Shown piece by piece: positions 1 to 7,576 of a DNA stretch of 17,234 bases. Source of the DNA: a virus (Duplodnaviria > Heunggongvirae > Uroviricota > Caudoviricetes). How positions within the stretch are numbered: the first letter of the stretch is position 1; each line of letters opens with the position of its first letter. Where the stretch lies: positions 1 to 17,234 of IMG/VR virus record IMGVR_UViG_2778261690_000005; one strand, given 5' to 3'. The position numbers were made by a program, and so were the translations under genes. A model generated the notes under the pieces. That model did not search any database. It was not told the DNA's origin and saw nothing but the letters and a program-made list of their open reading frames with translations.

Positions 1-351
1 TCACTTTAGCCGTTCACGGGCCGTCTTCGCCTTATGGCACGGCCAGCACAGGCTCTGCAGATTGCTGTCGGCATCTGTGCCGCCATGCGCTTTAGGAATG
101 ATGTGGTCAACGGTTTTCGCCTCACGCACCACACCGGCACGCAGACATAACTGACACAGGCCTTTGTCACGCTTGAGCACACGTTCACGGATAACATCCC
201 ATTTCGAACCATAACCGCGCTGGTGCCGGGACTGGCCTGGCTTGTATTGCTTCCAGCCTTCGCTTTTGTGGCTTTCACAATAGCCTGACGGATCTGTGGT
301 GGTATGGCGGCAACCGCGAACACGGCAGGCTTTTGGGATTCGTGGCGGCAT
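1..351 (-). CDS. HNH endonuclease (terminase-associated type)
   Basis: 116-aa ORF with stop at 1-3. Contains a Cys-rich N-terminus and an HNH motif (VDHIIPKAHGGTDADSNLQSLCWPCH). It lies downstream of the lysis genes, where lambdoid phages place an HNH gene next to terminase. Confidence 0.8.
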   Translation of the reverse strand: MPPRIPKACRVRGCRHTTTDPSGYCESHKSEGWKQYKPGQSRHQRGYGSKWDVIRERVLKRDKGLCQLCLRAGVVREAKTVDHIIPKAHGGTDADSNLQSLCWPCHKAKTARERLK

Positions 352-762
352 ATGTACTAATCTCCGATTTATCCAAATTTCACTGCCATAATGCCGACAT
401 TCTCTGCCATTATTGGCTCCGTTTATCCGTTAAAAGGGATATCAGTTAAGTTATCCCGTGCAGGGTATAAGCCATTGTCGAGACCACTCATTGAATGGCC
501 TCTGCAATAACCGATGTCTTTCCATCAGTCCGCCACCACAAAGAATCTTTTTTGCCATAAGGCAGGAGGTTCATCTTTCAGTGGCTGCCAGTGTTATTTC
601 CCCACTTTCTGGCTTGGGTTGTTTCGCTGTACTGCCGCAACTGGTGGTGCACAGATTTAGTTAAATCTGTTCTCGCCTGAACTATCTTTTACATACCCGG
701 ATTGTGGGGATGTAAATCACGGTTTCATTATCAAGCCCACCCGTAGATGGGCTTTGGAATGG

Positions 763-1281
763 TCACTTTGGCAGTCCGGGGATCGATATTTGCGCCTGCT
801 GCTCAAGCCTTTCGATTCTTGCTATGAGTTGCGGTTTTTTGATCCTGCCCCAGCGGTTCAGCAAGCGTCCTGACATACTGGCAACATCCTTTTCCTTCAT
901 GAACTCCAGCATTAACTCGTTGTGCTCTCTTTGGTATGAGTGAGCCATCTCCATCAGCCTGTCACGCATCCAATTAAATGCTTTGATAAACGCCTCTTTG
1001 ATGGCGGCAGCTTTTTTGCCGGTAAACGACATGATGATGTACATCGCGCCGTCTTTGGAAATTTCATATTCAACATACTGATTACCCTTGTGTTCATAGG
1101 TAACCCGCGAAAAGTTGCTGGTTAGAAATTCATCCGAACAGTCTAGCTTTTCGATTTTCTGAATGATGTGGTGATGCTGCTTGTCGAAGTAAGCTGCTAC
1201 CTTGCGGGAGGTTGTGATCACGCGATCACCAGAAACAACAACCATGTCCCGGAAATCGAGATTAGCCAATTGATGATTCAT
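763..1281 (-). CDS. Rha-family phage regulatory protein (antirepressor-like)
   Basis: Rha-like N-terminal motif (VITTSRKVAAYFDKQHHHIIQKIEKL) from the ATG at 1281. The six-frame ORF extends to 1494 but that extension reads through a terminator hairpin and overlaps the Rz stop, so the internal ATG is preferred. RBS is weak, so the start is uncertain. Confidence 0.65.
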   Translation of the reverse strand: MNHQLANLDFRDMVVVSGDRVITTSRKVAAYFDKQHHHIIQKIEKLDCSDEFLTSNFSRVTYEHKGNQYVEYEISKDGAMYIIMSFTGKKAAAIKEAFIKAFNWMRDRLMEMAHSYQREHNELMLEFMKEKDVASMSGRLLNRWGRIKKPQLIARIERLEQQAQISIPGLPK

Positions 1282-1423
1282 AGCGTCTTTACCTTTTAGA
1301 AAGTGAGCCTGTCTCACAGAAAAGCCGCCCGAGAGAGGTCGCCACCTATAACGGCATTTCTCAGGCTCGCTTACTGAAAGGCTCTCGTTAATATGCGCGT
1401 GAGATGCGCTGTGAAATTCAGAT

Positions 1424-1449
1424 ATAAAAAAGCCCCGCACCGCGAGGCT
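1424..1449 (-). terminator. Putative intrinsic terminator downstream of Rz
   Basis: Minus-strand reading GCCTCG-CGGTG-CGGGGC followed by TTTTTTAT (stem 1432-1449, A-run 1426-1431 on plus), about 30 nt after the Rz stop. Confidence 0.5.
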
Positions 1450-1481
1450 CATTAAATTGACTTTGTGATTTGCAAAAAAAT

Positions 1482-1943
1482 TTATTTCAGGCATTGCGTC
1501 CTGATGTACTCCTGCAGGTAGTTAACCTGCGCGGTTATCTTGTCGATTCCACTTCGGAGACGGTAATAATTGAGTTCAGCATCTGCTGTAAGTCCTGGGC
1601 TTTCTCCATCGCCCATGCCGCTGGCTCCGGTCGTTGACTTTGCACAGGTGGCGGCGACTTGCAGGCGCTTACGACCAGCAGAAACATCAGCACGGAGACT
1701 TTCGATAGTCGCGTTAGCATCAGCAAGCTCCTTTGTATATCTGGCATCGAGTTCTGCTACGTCACGTTGACGCTTCTGCATATCAGAGATCGTCGCCATA
1801 GCCGAATCTAATGCCATAGCGTTTTCGTCGCGCTGTTTTTTGTATTCAATGGCTTTATTGTGGTAATGATTAGCTGACCAGACGAGAGAACCGAATAAAG
1901 TCAGGAGGAAAGCAGAAATAACCAGCTTATAGCGAAGTTTCAT
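1482..1943 (-). CDS. Rz: Rz i-spanin (inner-membrane spanin subunit)
   Basis: Aligns with lambda Rz as recalled: N-terminal TM segment, WSANHY, AIEYKKQRD, RQRDVAELDARYTKELADA. ATG at 1943 matches the lambda Rz N-terminus and overlaps the R 3' end; the six-frame start at 1976 is a likely over-extension. Confidence 0.85.
   Translation of the reverse strand: MKLRYKLVISAFLLTLFGSLVWSANHYHNKAIEYKKQRDENAMALDSAMATISDMQKRQRDVAELDARYTKELADANATIESLRADVSAGRKRLQVAATCAKSTTGASGMGDGESPGLTADAELNYYRLRSGIDKITAQVNYLQEYIRTQCLK
1535..1720 (-). CDS. Rz1: Rz1 o-spanin lipoprotein, embedded in the +1 frame of Rz
   Basis: ORF lies wholly inside Rz in another frame. It has a signal peptide with lipobox LVVSAC and a proline-rich mature part (KSPPPVQSQRPEPAAW), as in lambda Rz1. 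The exact start (1720 versus 1747 or an internal Met) is uncertain. Confidence 0.75.
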   Translation of the reverse strand: MLTRLSKVSVLMFLLVVSACKSPPPVQSQRPEPAAWAMEKAQDLQQMLNSIITVSEVESTR

Positions 1944-2403
1944 TAACCACCCCGCCAGCTTCTTTGAATTTGGCAATCAGACTATCGATCTTGTGTTCAT
2001 ACTGACCGTAGCCAGCACCGGGCAATGAAGCCCAAATATTACTGCAACGATCAATAGCCTGACGAATATCACCACGATCAATCATCGGTAAAGCGCCACG
2101 CTCTTTAATCTGCTGCAATGCCACTGCATCCTGGCTTTTGGGAGAGAAGTCTTTCAGGCCAAGCTGCTTACGGTAAGCATCCCACCAACGGGAAAGAAGC
2201 TGGTAACGTCCTGCTGCTGTTGATTTGAGTTTGGGGTTTAGCGTGACAAGTTTGCGAGGGTGATCGGAGTAATCAGTGAATAGCTCTCCGCCTACAATGA
2301 CGTCATAACCATGATTTCTGGTTTTCTGCCGTCCGTTATCAGTTCCCTCTGACCACGCCAGCATATCGAGGAACGCCTTACGTTGATTATTGATTTCCAC
2401 CAT
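1927..2403 (-). CDS. R: Endolysin R (lytic transglycosylase)
   Basis: 158 aa, near-identical to lambda R as recalled ([53 protein letters not shown]...). Overlaps S by 17 nt as in lambda. Confidence 0.95.
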   Translation of the reverse strand: MVEINNQRKAFLDMLAWSEGTDNGRQKTRNHGYDVIVGGELFTDYSDHPRKLVTLNPKLKSTAAGRYQLLSRWWDAYRKQLGLKDFSPKSQDAVALQQIKERGALPMIDRGDIRQAIDRCSNIWASLPGAGYGQYEHKIDSLIAKFKEAGGVVNETSL

Positions 2404-2710
2404 CTTCTACTCCGGCTTTTTTAGCAGCGAAGCGTTTGATAAGCGAACAAATCGTGTCAGTACCGATGTAGCCGATGAACACGCTCGTTATATAAGCGAG
2501 ATTGCTACTTAGTCCGGCGAAGTCGAGAAGGTCACGAATGAACCAGGCGATAATGGCGCACATCGTTGCGTCGATTACTGTTTTTGTAAACGCACCGCCA
2601 TTATATCTGCCGCGAAGGTACGCCATTGCAAACGCAAGGATTGCCCCGATGCCTTGTTCCTTTGCCGCGAGAATGGCGGCTAACAGGTCATGTTTTTCTG
2701 GCATCTTCAT
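2387..2710 (-). CDS. S: Holin S (class I, Met1-Lys2-Met3 dual start)
   Basis: 107 aa, near-identical to lambda S107 ([39 protein letters not shown]...) with three TM segments. Confidence 0.95.
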   Translation of the reverse strand: MKMPEKHDLLAAILAAKEQGIGAILAFAMAYLRGRYNGGAFTKTVIDATMCAIIAWFIRDLLDFAGLSSNLAYITSVFIGYIGTDTICSLIKRFAAKKAGVEDGGNQ

Positions 2711-2829
2711 GTCTTACCCCCAATAAGGGGATTTGCTCTATTTAATTAGTAATAAGGTCGATTACTGATAGAACAAATCCAGGCTACTGTGTTTAGTAAT
2801 CAGATTTGTTCGTGACCGATATGCACGGG

Positions 2830-2865
2830 CAAAACGGCAGGAGGTTGTTAGCGCGACCTCCTGCC
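2830..2865 (-). terminator. Putative intrinsic terminator between the tRNA genes and S (tR'-like)
   Basis: Perfect 10-bp GC-rich stem (GGCAGGAGGT 2836-2845 with ACCTCCTGCC 2856-2865, 10-nt loop), followed on the minus strand by GTTTTG. Confidence 0.5.
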
Positions 2866-2952
2866 ACCCGCTTTCACGAAGATCATGTGTAGAAGGCCGC
2901 AGCGTAACTATCACTGATGAATTCAGGATAGCCAGTGGCTACGGCTCAGTTA

Positions 2953-3028
2953 TGGTGCTGGTTAACGGACTTGAACCGCTACCCATTCGCTTACAAGGCG
3001 ACTGCTCTACCATTGGAGCTAAACCAGC
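2953..3028 (-). tRNA. tRNA-Thr (anticodon UGU)
   Basis: Hand-folded 76-nt cloverleaf on the minus strand: 7-bp acceptor stem GCTGGTT/AACCAGC, D-stem GCTC/GAGC, anticodon loop CTTGTAA (U33, anticodon TGT, A37), T-arm AGCGG-TTCAAGT-CCGTT, discriminator A, encoded CCA. Confidence 0.7.
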
Positions 3029-3033
3029 ATGTT

Positions 3034-3108
3034 TGGCGGGACAGCGTGGGCTCGAACCACGATAAGAAGGTTAACAGCCTTCCGTAATGACCTTTATACG
3101 ACTGACCC
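3034..3108 (-). tRNA. tRNA-Asn (anticodon GUU), somewhat divergent
   Basis: Hand-folded 75-nt cloverleaf: perfect anticodon stem GAAGG/CCTTC with loop CTGTTAA, T-arm CGTGG-TTCGAGC-CCACG, encoded CCA. The acceptor stem GGGTCAG/CTGTCCC has one T-T mismatch and the D-stem is weak. Confidence 0.6.
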
Positions 3109-3111
3109 AAA

Positions 3112-3156
3112 TAAAAAAAGCCACCGTTGCAACTTAAGAGTCACTAACGGCAGCTT
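3112..3156 (-). terminator. Candidate early terminator of the pR' transcript
   Basis: Minus-strand imperfect 9-bp stem (GCTGCCGTT / AACGGTGGC, two G-U pairs, 17-nt loop) followed by TTTTTTTATTT, immediately upstream of the tRNA-Asn 5' end. Confidence 0.35.
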
Positions 3157-3164
3157 ACCTTCTA

Positions 3165-3194
3165 ATTATGGCTAAATGGATAATTGCATGTCAA
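3165..3194 (-). promoter_or_regulatory. Candidate late promoter pR' overlapping the 3' end of Q
   Basis: Minus-strand consensus -35 TTGACA (plus 3189-3194), 18-bp spacer, -10 CATAAT (plus 3165-3170). The Q stop codon lies in the spacer. Confidence 0.45.
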
Positions 3195-3690
3195 GGCTTT
3201 TAACAGCAACATGCTTAACTTTCTCAACACGTTTACGCATTTTGAAAGCATTTTGCATTGGCTGGTACAAAACAAATAACGACGCTTTCAGGATGTCGTC
3301 AATTTCGTTTCTACAGGTTGCCAGTGAAGGTTTTCTACATCCCTCGCCACCACGTCCACACATCTTGCGTGGCTTTGCAGTCGCGTGATAGTAGGATGCA
3401 ATTGCTCGCTTAGATGAACCATGAGCGTAGTAGCTGAGGAGGATGCCAAAGGCTTTCTTGTCAATGTACATGACGGAATCGACGACCTGAGAAATCAACA
3501 TTCCATCATCATCATTGCACATTGGCCTTGTCATAACTCTTCCCGGCTCTACGCTCTCCATGAACTTCGCTATTACGCTGCTCATGCGCTTTTCCAGACG
3601 ACCTGAATAAACCCATGCGCCCCACAGTTCAAGCCAGCCATTCAGCCACTCATGCTGTTCTTTGGTGAGGTTTAGTTCTCTTATGCCCAC
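3172..3690 (-). CDS. Q: Late antiterminator Q, phage 82 / QuuD type (not lambda-Q type)
   Basis: 172 aa between the nin region and the lysis genes. Motifs [29 protein letters not shown] resemble DLP12 QuuD / phage-82 Q as recalled; a Cys cluster (CGRGGEGC...C) is present. Confidence 0.75.
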   Translation of the reverse strand: MGIRELNLTKEQHEWLNGWLELWGAWVYSGRLEKRMSSVIAKFMESVEPGRVMTRPMCNDDDGMLISQVVDSVMYIDKKAFGILLSYYAHGSSKRAIASYYHATAKPRKMCGRGGEGCRKPSLATCRNEIDDILKASLFVLYQPMQNAFKMRKRVEKVKHVAVKSLDMQLSI

Positions 3691-4352
3691 GCGCCTTCTC
3701 CCTGTACCTGAATCAATGTGAGATTTCCGCAGAACACTGCGCCGGTATCGATATACATCTGGTTGGCAAATTTGAGTGGTTTCACTGCTGGCGTATGACC
3801 AAAGATGAACGTGTCCGCGCCTTTAATTTCTTTCACGATCCCGTTTTGTGAGTTGCTGATTCGTTCGCGGTTCCAGATTACCTGCTGATGATCAACTGGC
3901 TTTCCAAATTCGTATTCGTCACAAGGATAATCGGCGTGGCAGATGACATATTTTTTATCTTTGCTCACCAGTTCGATGATTAACGGAAGTTCATCTGCTT
4001 TATGGGCAAGAGCTTTAGCCAGAATTTCTTTGTCGTAATCGAGATTAAAGAACCAGCCACCGCCATTAAGCAGCCAGTGATTAACGTTTCCACGCTCTGA
4101 TAAGCCATCAATCATCATTTGCTCATGGTTTCCACGTACAGCTCTGAACCAGGGGAATGTGATTAATTCCAGGCATTCGACGTTCTCTGTACCGCGATCA
4201 ACCAAATCGCCCACTGAGATAAGCAGGTCTTTTTTGGTGTCGAATCCTATCGTCTCCAGTTTTTTCATCAGGTTCGTGTAGCATCCGTGCAGATCGCCAA
4301 CTACCAAAATATTTCGGTATTTGCTGCCATCAATTTTTTCGTAATAGCGCAT
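3681..4352 (-). CDS. ninI: Ser/Thr protein phosphatase NinI (lambda PPase, orf221)
   Basis: Near-identical to lambda phosphatase from [15 protein letters not shown]...; metallophosphatase motifs GDLHG, GDLVDRG, GNHE. The six-frame ORF start at 4427 is an upstream extension. Confidence 0.9.
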   Translation of the reverse strand: MRYYEKIDGSKYRNILVVGDLHGCYTNLMKKLETIGFDTKKDLLISVGDLVDRGTENVECLELITFPWFRAVRGNHEQMMIDGLSERGNVNHWLLNGGGWFFNLDYDKEILAKALAHKADELPLIIELVSKDKKYVICHADYPCDEYEFGKPVDHQQVIWNRERISNSQNGIVKEIKGADTFIFGHTPAVKPLKFANQMYIDTGAVFCGNLTLIQVQGEGAWA

Positions 4353-4536
4353 CTCTTTCACTCCATCCGCGATGAACCATGAGAACGTCGTTGACGATGG
4401 CGTGCATTTTCCCGTCTTTATCATCAACGTATTTTCTGACCGTACCGCGACTACATTTCAGTCTGCGTGCTACTTCTGTCTGGTTTCCGTATGCTTCAAC
4501 GAGCATGTCTGGAATGGTTTTTACTGAGAACGTCAT
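4330..4536 (-). CDS. ninH: NinH
   Basis: 68 aa ([37 protein letters not shown]...), matching lambda NinH as recalled; 23-nt overlap with ninI as in lambda. Confidence 0.9.
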   Translation of the reverse strand: MTFSVKTIPDMLVEAYGNQTEVARRLKCSRGTVRKYVDDKDGKMHAIVNDVLMVHRGWSERDALLRKN

Positions 4537-5144
4537 GCGGCCTCACTTCTGCTATTTCGCAGGTCTTTGAGTTTCCGTTGGTACTCTGCCTTAATCGCCT
4601 TGCACTCTTCGATAGTCCAGCGATGGCGGTTATGGTTTGATTCGATTTCGTCTACTGCTTCCTGCCCGATGCGGCTAATCAGTTCGACGCGATACGGAAC
4701 GAGATTTCCGCTTTTGTGCTGGTTGCACACCACGCATTGCTTGTGAATATTGCGTTCATCAAATCGGAGTTGAGGTGCCGCAGCAGTTGTCCGGTAATGT
4801 CCGGCATCCCACTGAGCAGACGTGAGCGTTCCGCACGAGATACATGGTAAGTCGCGGTCTCTTTCTCTGATGAAGGCGTTTACGGCTTGTTGGGCTTGTT
4901 TAATCCAGTAACTGCGGGGCTTTAAGGCGAGTTTTCGAATCTTAAGTTTATCTTTCTGTTTCTGCTCCTCTCGTCGTCGTTTCTTCTCTGCTGCCTTTTC
5001 CGCTTTTTCGCGTTCTTTGCTTCGTCGTTCGAGTGCTATCTTGGTTCCACACTCTGGAGAGCACCACCACTGATTGGCGAATGCAGGGTGAAACCATTCC
5101 CGACATTCATCGTTTTTACATCGTCTTCGCGCTGGTTTAGCCAT
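4533..5144 (-). CDS. ninG: NinG (Rap recombination endonuclease)
   Basis: 203 aa ([33 protein letters not shown]...), lambda NinG-like; ATGA overlap with ninH. Confidence 0.9.
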   Translation of the reverse strand: MAKPARRRCKNDECREWFHPAFANQWWCSPECGTKIALERRSKEREKAEKAAEKKRRREEQKQKDKLKIRKLALKPRSYWIKQAQQAVNAFIRERDRDLPCISCGTLTSAQWDAGHYRTTAAAPQLRFDERNIHKQCVVCNQHKSGNLVPYRVELISRIGQEAVDEIESNHNRHRWTIEECKAIKAEYQRKLKDLRNSRSEAA

Positions 5145-5307
5145 CGTCTTCTTCCTCGTGCATCGAGCTATTCGGATCGCTCATCAGTTCTGCGCAGCAG
5201 TGCTCACACACGTGAACTTACAGCACATGCAGCTTCTGACCGCAATTAGCGCACGTTAAAGCCCGCTCGACGCTTTCTTGTTCGTAACTTCGATTTGGGT
5301 CAATCAC
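5137..5307 (-). pseudogene. ninF: ninF homolog interrupted by an in-frame TAA at codon 30, with a GTG start
   Basis: 171-nt frame from GTG at 5307 (overlapping the ninE stop) reads [29 protein letters not shown], then TAA at 5218-5220, then continues in frame as [26 protein letters not shown] to a TAA overlapping the ninG start. The CxxC...CxHCC motif is split by the stop. Confidence 0.55.
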
Positions 5308-5486
5308 CTTGTATTCCTCGCACGATGTCTTAGCCACCGGATATCCCACAGGTGAGCCGTGTAGTTGAAGGTTTTTACGTCAGATTCTTTTGGGATTGGC
5401 TTGCGTTTATTTCTGGAGCGTTTCGTTGGAAGGTATTTGCAGTTTTCGCAGATTATGTCGGTGATACTTCGTCGCTGTCTCGCCAC
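5304..5486 (-). CDS. ninE: NinE
   Basis: 60 aa ([51 protein letters not shown]...), lambda NinE-like as recalled. Confidence 0.85.
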   Translation of the reverse strand: MARQRRSITDIICENCKYLPTKRSRNKRKPIPKESDVKTFNYTAHLWDIRWLRHRARNTR

Positions 5487-5626
5487 ACGTCCTCCTTTTC
5501 CTGCGGTAGTGGTAACACCCCTGTTGGTGTTCTTTCACATCGGAGACACCATCGATTCCAGTAAGGTTGATTTGGTCGGAAGCGGTTATCTTCTTTGCAT
5601 TCACCGCACCGATAACATCGCATCAT
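5453..5626 (-). CDS. ninD: NinD (Cys-rich small protein)
   Basis: 57 aa from the ATG at 5626 ([31 protein letters not shown]...). ATGA overlap with the ninB stop and 34-nt overlap with ninE, the same geometry I recall for lambda. Confidence 0.7.
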   Translation of the reverse strand: MMRCYRCGECKEDNRFRPNQPYWNRWCLRCERTPTGVLPLPQEKEDVWRDSDEVSPT

Positions 5627-6063
5627 GCTGCCCGATCTCCCCATCTCGCTTTCCACTCCAGAGCCAGTCGCGCTTCGTCTGACCACTTAACGCCACGCTC
5701 TGTACCGAATGCCTGTATAAGCTCTAATAGCTCCGCAAATTCGCTTACACGCATCCTGCTGGTTGACTGGCCTATTACCACAAAGCCATTCCCGGCAAGG
5801 TTAGGAACAACGTCCTGCTGCTTTAATGCTGCGGTAAACACACACTTCCAGCTTTCTGCATCCAGCCAGCGACCATGCCATTCAACCTGACGAGAGACGT
5901 CACCAAGGCAAGCCCAAAGCTTTCGGTTTTGGTCTAAGCTGCGGTTGCGTTCCTGAATGGTTACTACGATTGGTTTGGTTGGGTCTGGAAGAATTTGCTG
6001 TACTGCGTGAATAGCGTTTTGCTGATGTGCTGGAGATCGAATTTCAAAGGTTAGTTTTTTCAT
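5623..6063 (-). CDS. ninB: NinB (Orf recombination mediator)
   Basis: Near-identical to lambda NinB from [55 protein letters not shown]...; RBS GGGGAGAGGGAAG. ninC is absent between ninB and ninD. Confidence 0.9.
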   Translation of the reverse strand: MKKLTFEIRSPAHQQNAIHAVQQILPDPTKPIVVTIQERNRSLDQNRKLWACLGDVSRQVEWHGRWLDAESWKCVFTAALKQQDVVPNLAGNGFVVIGQSTSRMRVSEFAELLELIQAFGTERGVKWSDEARLALEWKARWGDRAA

Positions 6064-6140
6064 GACTTCCCTCTCCCCCAAATAAAAAGGCCTGCGATTA
6101 CCAGCAGGCCTGTTATTAGCTCAGTGATGTAGATGGTCAT
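6060..6140 (-). CDS. Candidate 26-aa hydrophobic micro-protein ([26 protein letters not shown])
   Basis: Below the six-frame length cutoff. ATG overlaps the helicase stop (TGATGA), the stop overlaps the ninB ATG (ATGA), and AAGGAGGA sits 5 nt upstream of the ATG. One predicted TM helix followed by a basic tail. Confidence 0.4.
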   Translation of the reverse strand: MTIYITELITGLLVIAGLFIWGRGKS

Positions 6141-7576
6141 CAGAATCCTCCTTTCTTCTTGGACTGCGGTTCCTCGCGTTCACGTCGGCGCATTTCAGCA
6201 GACTGTTGGTCTGTGTCATAAATAGCGCCATTTGCCTGAATGCAATACACCGTGCCGGTATTGCCATGACGATTGAGACGAAGGATTAGTTCAGTTTCAC
6301 CAGGTGGAACACTGTCATCAAAAGCGCCTTCACGATGGATCCCGACCCAATAATCGCAATCCTGTTCAATCTGCCCTGTATCTCGTGAGTCACTTGGTAA
6401 TGGGCGTTTATTGGTTCTGCTTTCCAGTGCGCGGTTAAGCTGCGTCAGAAGCACAACAACGCAATCAAGCTCTTTGGCAAGGTTCTTCAGTCCTTTGGTG
6501 ATCATGCCGTAAGCAAGGTCGTTGCGATCGGCCTTCTCAGCGGTCATTAGTGTCAGGTAATCGACCAGAATCATGCCAACACATCCTTTTTCTCGCTTGA
6601 TTCGACGGCTTTCGCTGACGATTTGAGCCAGAGATAATCCCGGCGTGTCGTCGATGTAAAGCAGGTCTATTTCACTCAAGCGATTGGCTGTTTCTATCGC
6701 CCTGTTGAAGTCACCATCGTAATCACCCTGATAGCCGTCATCGGCGTCATTTGTCGCCGGAAGGTAAAAAATATTCGGGTTAACACCAGACTTCTGCCCT
6801 ACCAGTTTTTCCAGTATCTGATCACCTGGCATTTCAAGGCTGAACATCAATGCGGGCTTTTTCTCATGCACTGCGCAATTGATTGCCATCTGGCTGTATA
6901 GCGTCGTTTTCCCCATCTTAGGGCGAGCGCCAATGACAAACAGAGAGCCTTTCACCAGACCTTTCGGTGACAGCATCCTGTCCAACGATGGGATCCCTGT
7001 GCTCATTCCCCGTTGTTCTCCTGATGGGTCAAATCTCTTCTCAAGGTCGCTAACCCAGTCTTCCATGACCTCACCAAATGAACGAAGGCCGCGACGCGAT
7101 CCGGTTTTTGCATGGTCTGTCAGTTGCGTGAAAATCGACTGAATAGCTTCGTACTTCTGCGTCGCAGTCATTCCGTTGCGGGAATAGAGCAATTCCGTCG
7201 CTTCAGTCATGCGGTTGATGGCGTAGCGTTCCATTGCGGTTTCACGAACCTGCATTGCATAGGCAACGATGTTTGCTGCGCTTGGCGTGTTCTTTGCGAT
7301 CTCAGCGATATAAGCAAAACCGCCAACAGACACCGTTAACGATTTACGCTCCAGTTCATCGAAAAGCGTCAGGCCATCTACTGGCTTTTGCTCCCAGTGC
7401 ATTCTGGTTATTTCTTCGAAAAGGATTTTGTGTGGTCGGCTGTAAAATGAATCGGGCTTCAGCATCGCCAGAACTTTCTGGACGCGCTCACTGCTGTCAT
7501 CATCCAGAAGCAATCCACCAATCACCGCCTGCTCTGCCTCGATGCTATGGGGCGGCGCATAAAAATTATCGGTCAT
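6140..7576 (-). CDS. Replicative DNA helicase, DnaB family (phage-encoded, P22 gene 12-like)
   Basis: DnaB N-terminal motif (SIEAEQAVIGGLLLD), Walker A GARPKMGKT, RecA-like C-terminal domain. ATG at 7576 is preceded by GAGGGTG; the six-frame start at 7591 is GTG. Confidence 0.9.
   Translation of the reverse strand: MTDNFYAPPHSIEAEQAVIGGLLLDDDSSERVQKVLAMLKPDSFYSRPHKILFEEITRMHWEQKPVDGLTLFDELERKSLTVSVGGFAYIAEIAKNTPSAANIVAYAMQVRETAMERYAINRMTEATELLYSRNGMTATQKYEAIQSIFTQLTDHAKTGSRRGLRSFGEVMEDWVSDLEKRFDPSGEQRGMSTGIPSLDRMLSPKGLVKGSLFVIGARPKMGKTTLYSQMAINCAVHEKKPALMFSLEMPGDQILEKLVGQKSGVNPNIFYLPATNDADDGYQGDYDGDFNRAIETANRLSEIDLLYIDDTPGLSLAQIVSESRRIKREKGCVGMILVDYLTLMTAEKADRNDLAYGMITKGLKNLAKELDCVVVLLTQLNRALESRTNKRPLPSDSRDTGQIEQDCDYWVGIHREGAFDDSVPPGETELILRLNRHGNTGTVYCIQANGAIYDTDQQSAEMRRREREEPQSKKKGGF

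Noticed and set aside
458-664. 68-aa plus-strand ORF in the Rha-HNH intergenic region
   Set aside because: Opposite orientation to all flanking genes, no RBS, Cys/Ser-rich low-complexity sequence; probably non-coding.
1282-1494. N-terminal extension of the Rha ORF (763-1494)
   Set aside because: The extension reads through the terminator hairpin downstream of Rz and overlaps the Rz stop. The Rha domain begins near the ATG at 1281.
2866-2952. Possible third tRNA next to the tRNA pair
   Set aside because: No T-loop (GTTCRA) or acceptor-stem pairing could be found by hand; only two cloverleaves are supported.
4353-4427. N-terminal extension of the ninI ORF
   Set aside because: The lambda phosphatase begins at MRYYEKIDG; the upstream 25 codons lie inside ninH in another frame.
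5352-5890. Plus-strand ORFs 5352-5564, 5365-5682 and 5567-5890, and minus-strand ORF 5407-5604
   Set aside because: They overlap the well-supported ninE, ninD and ninB genes; they are Ser/Arg/His-rich with no RBS, typical of antisense or off-frame artefacts.
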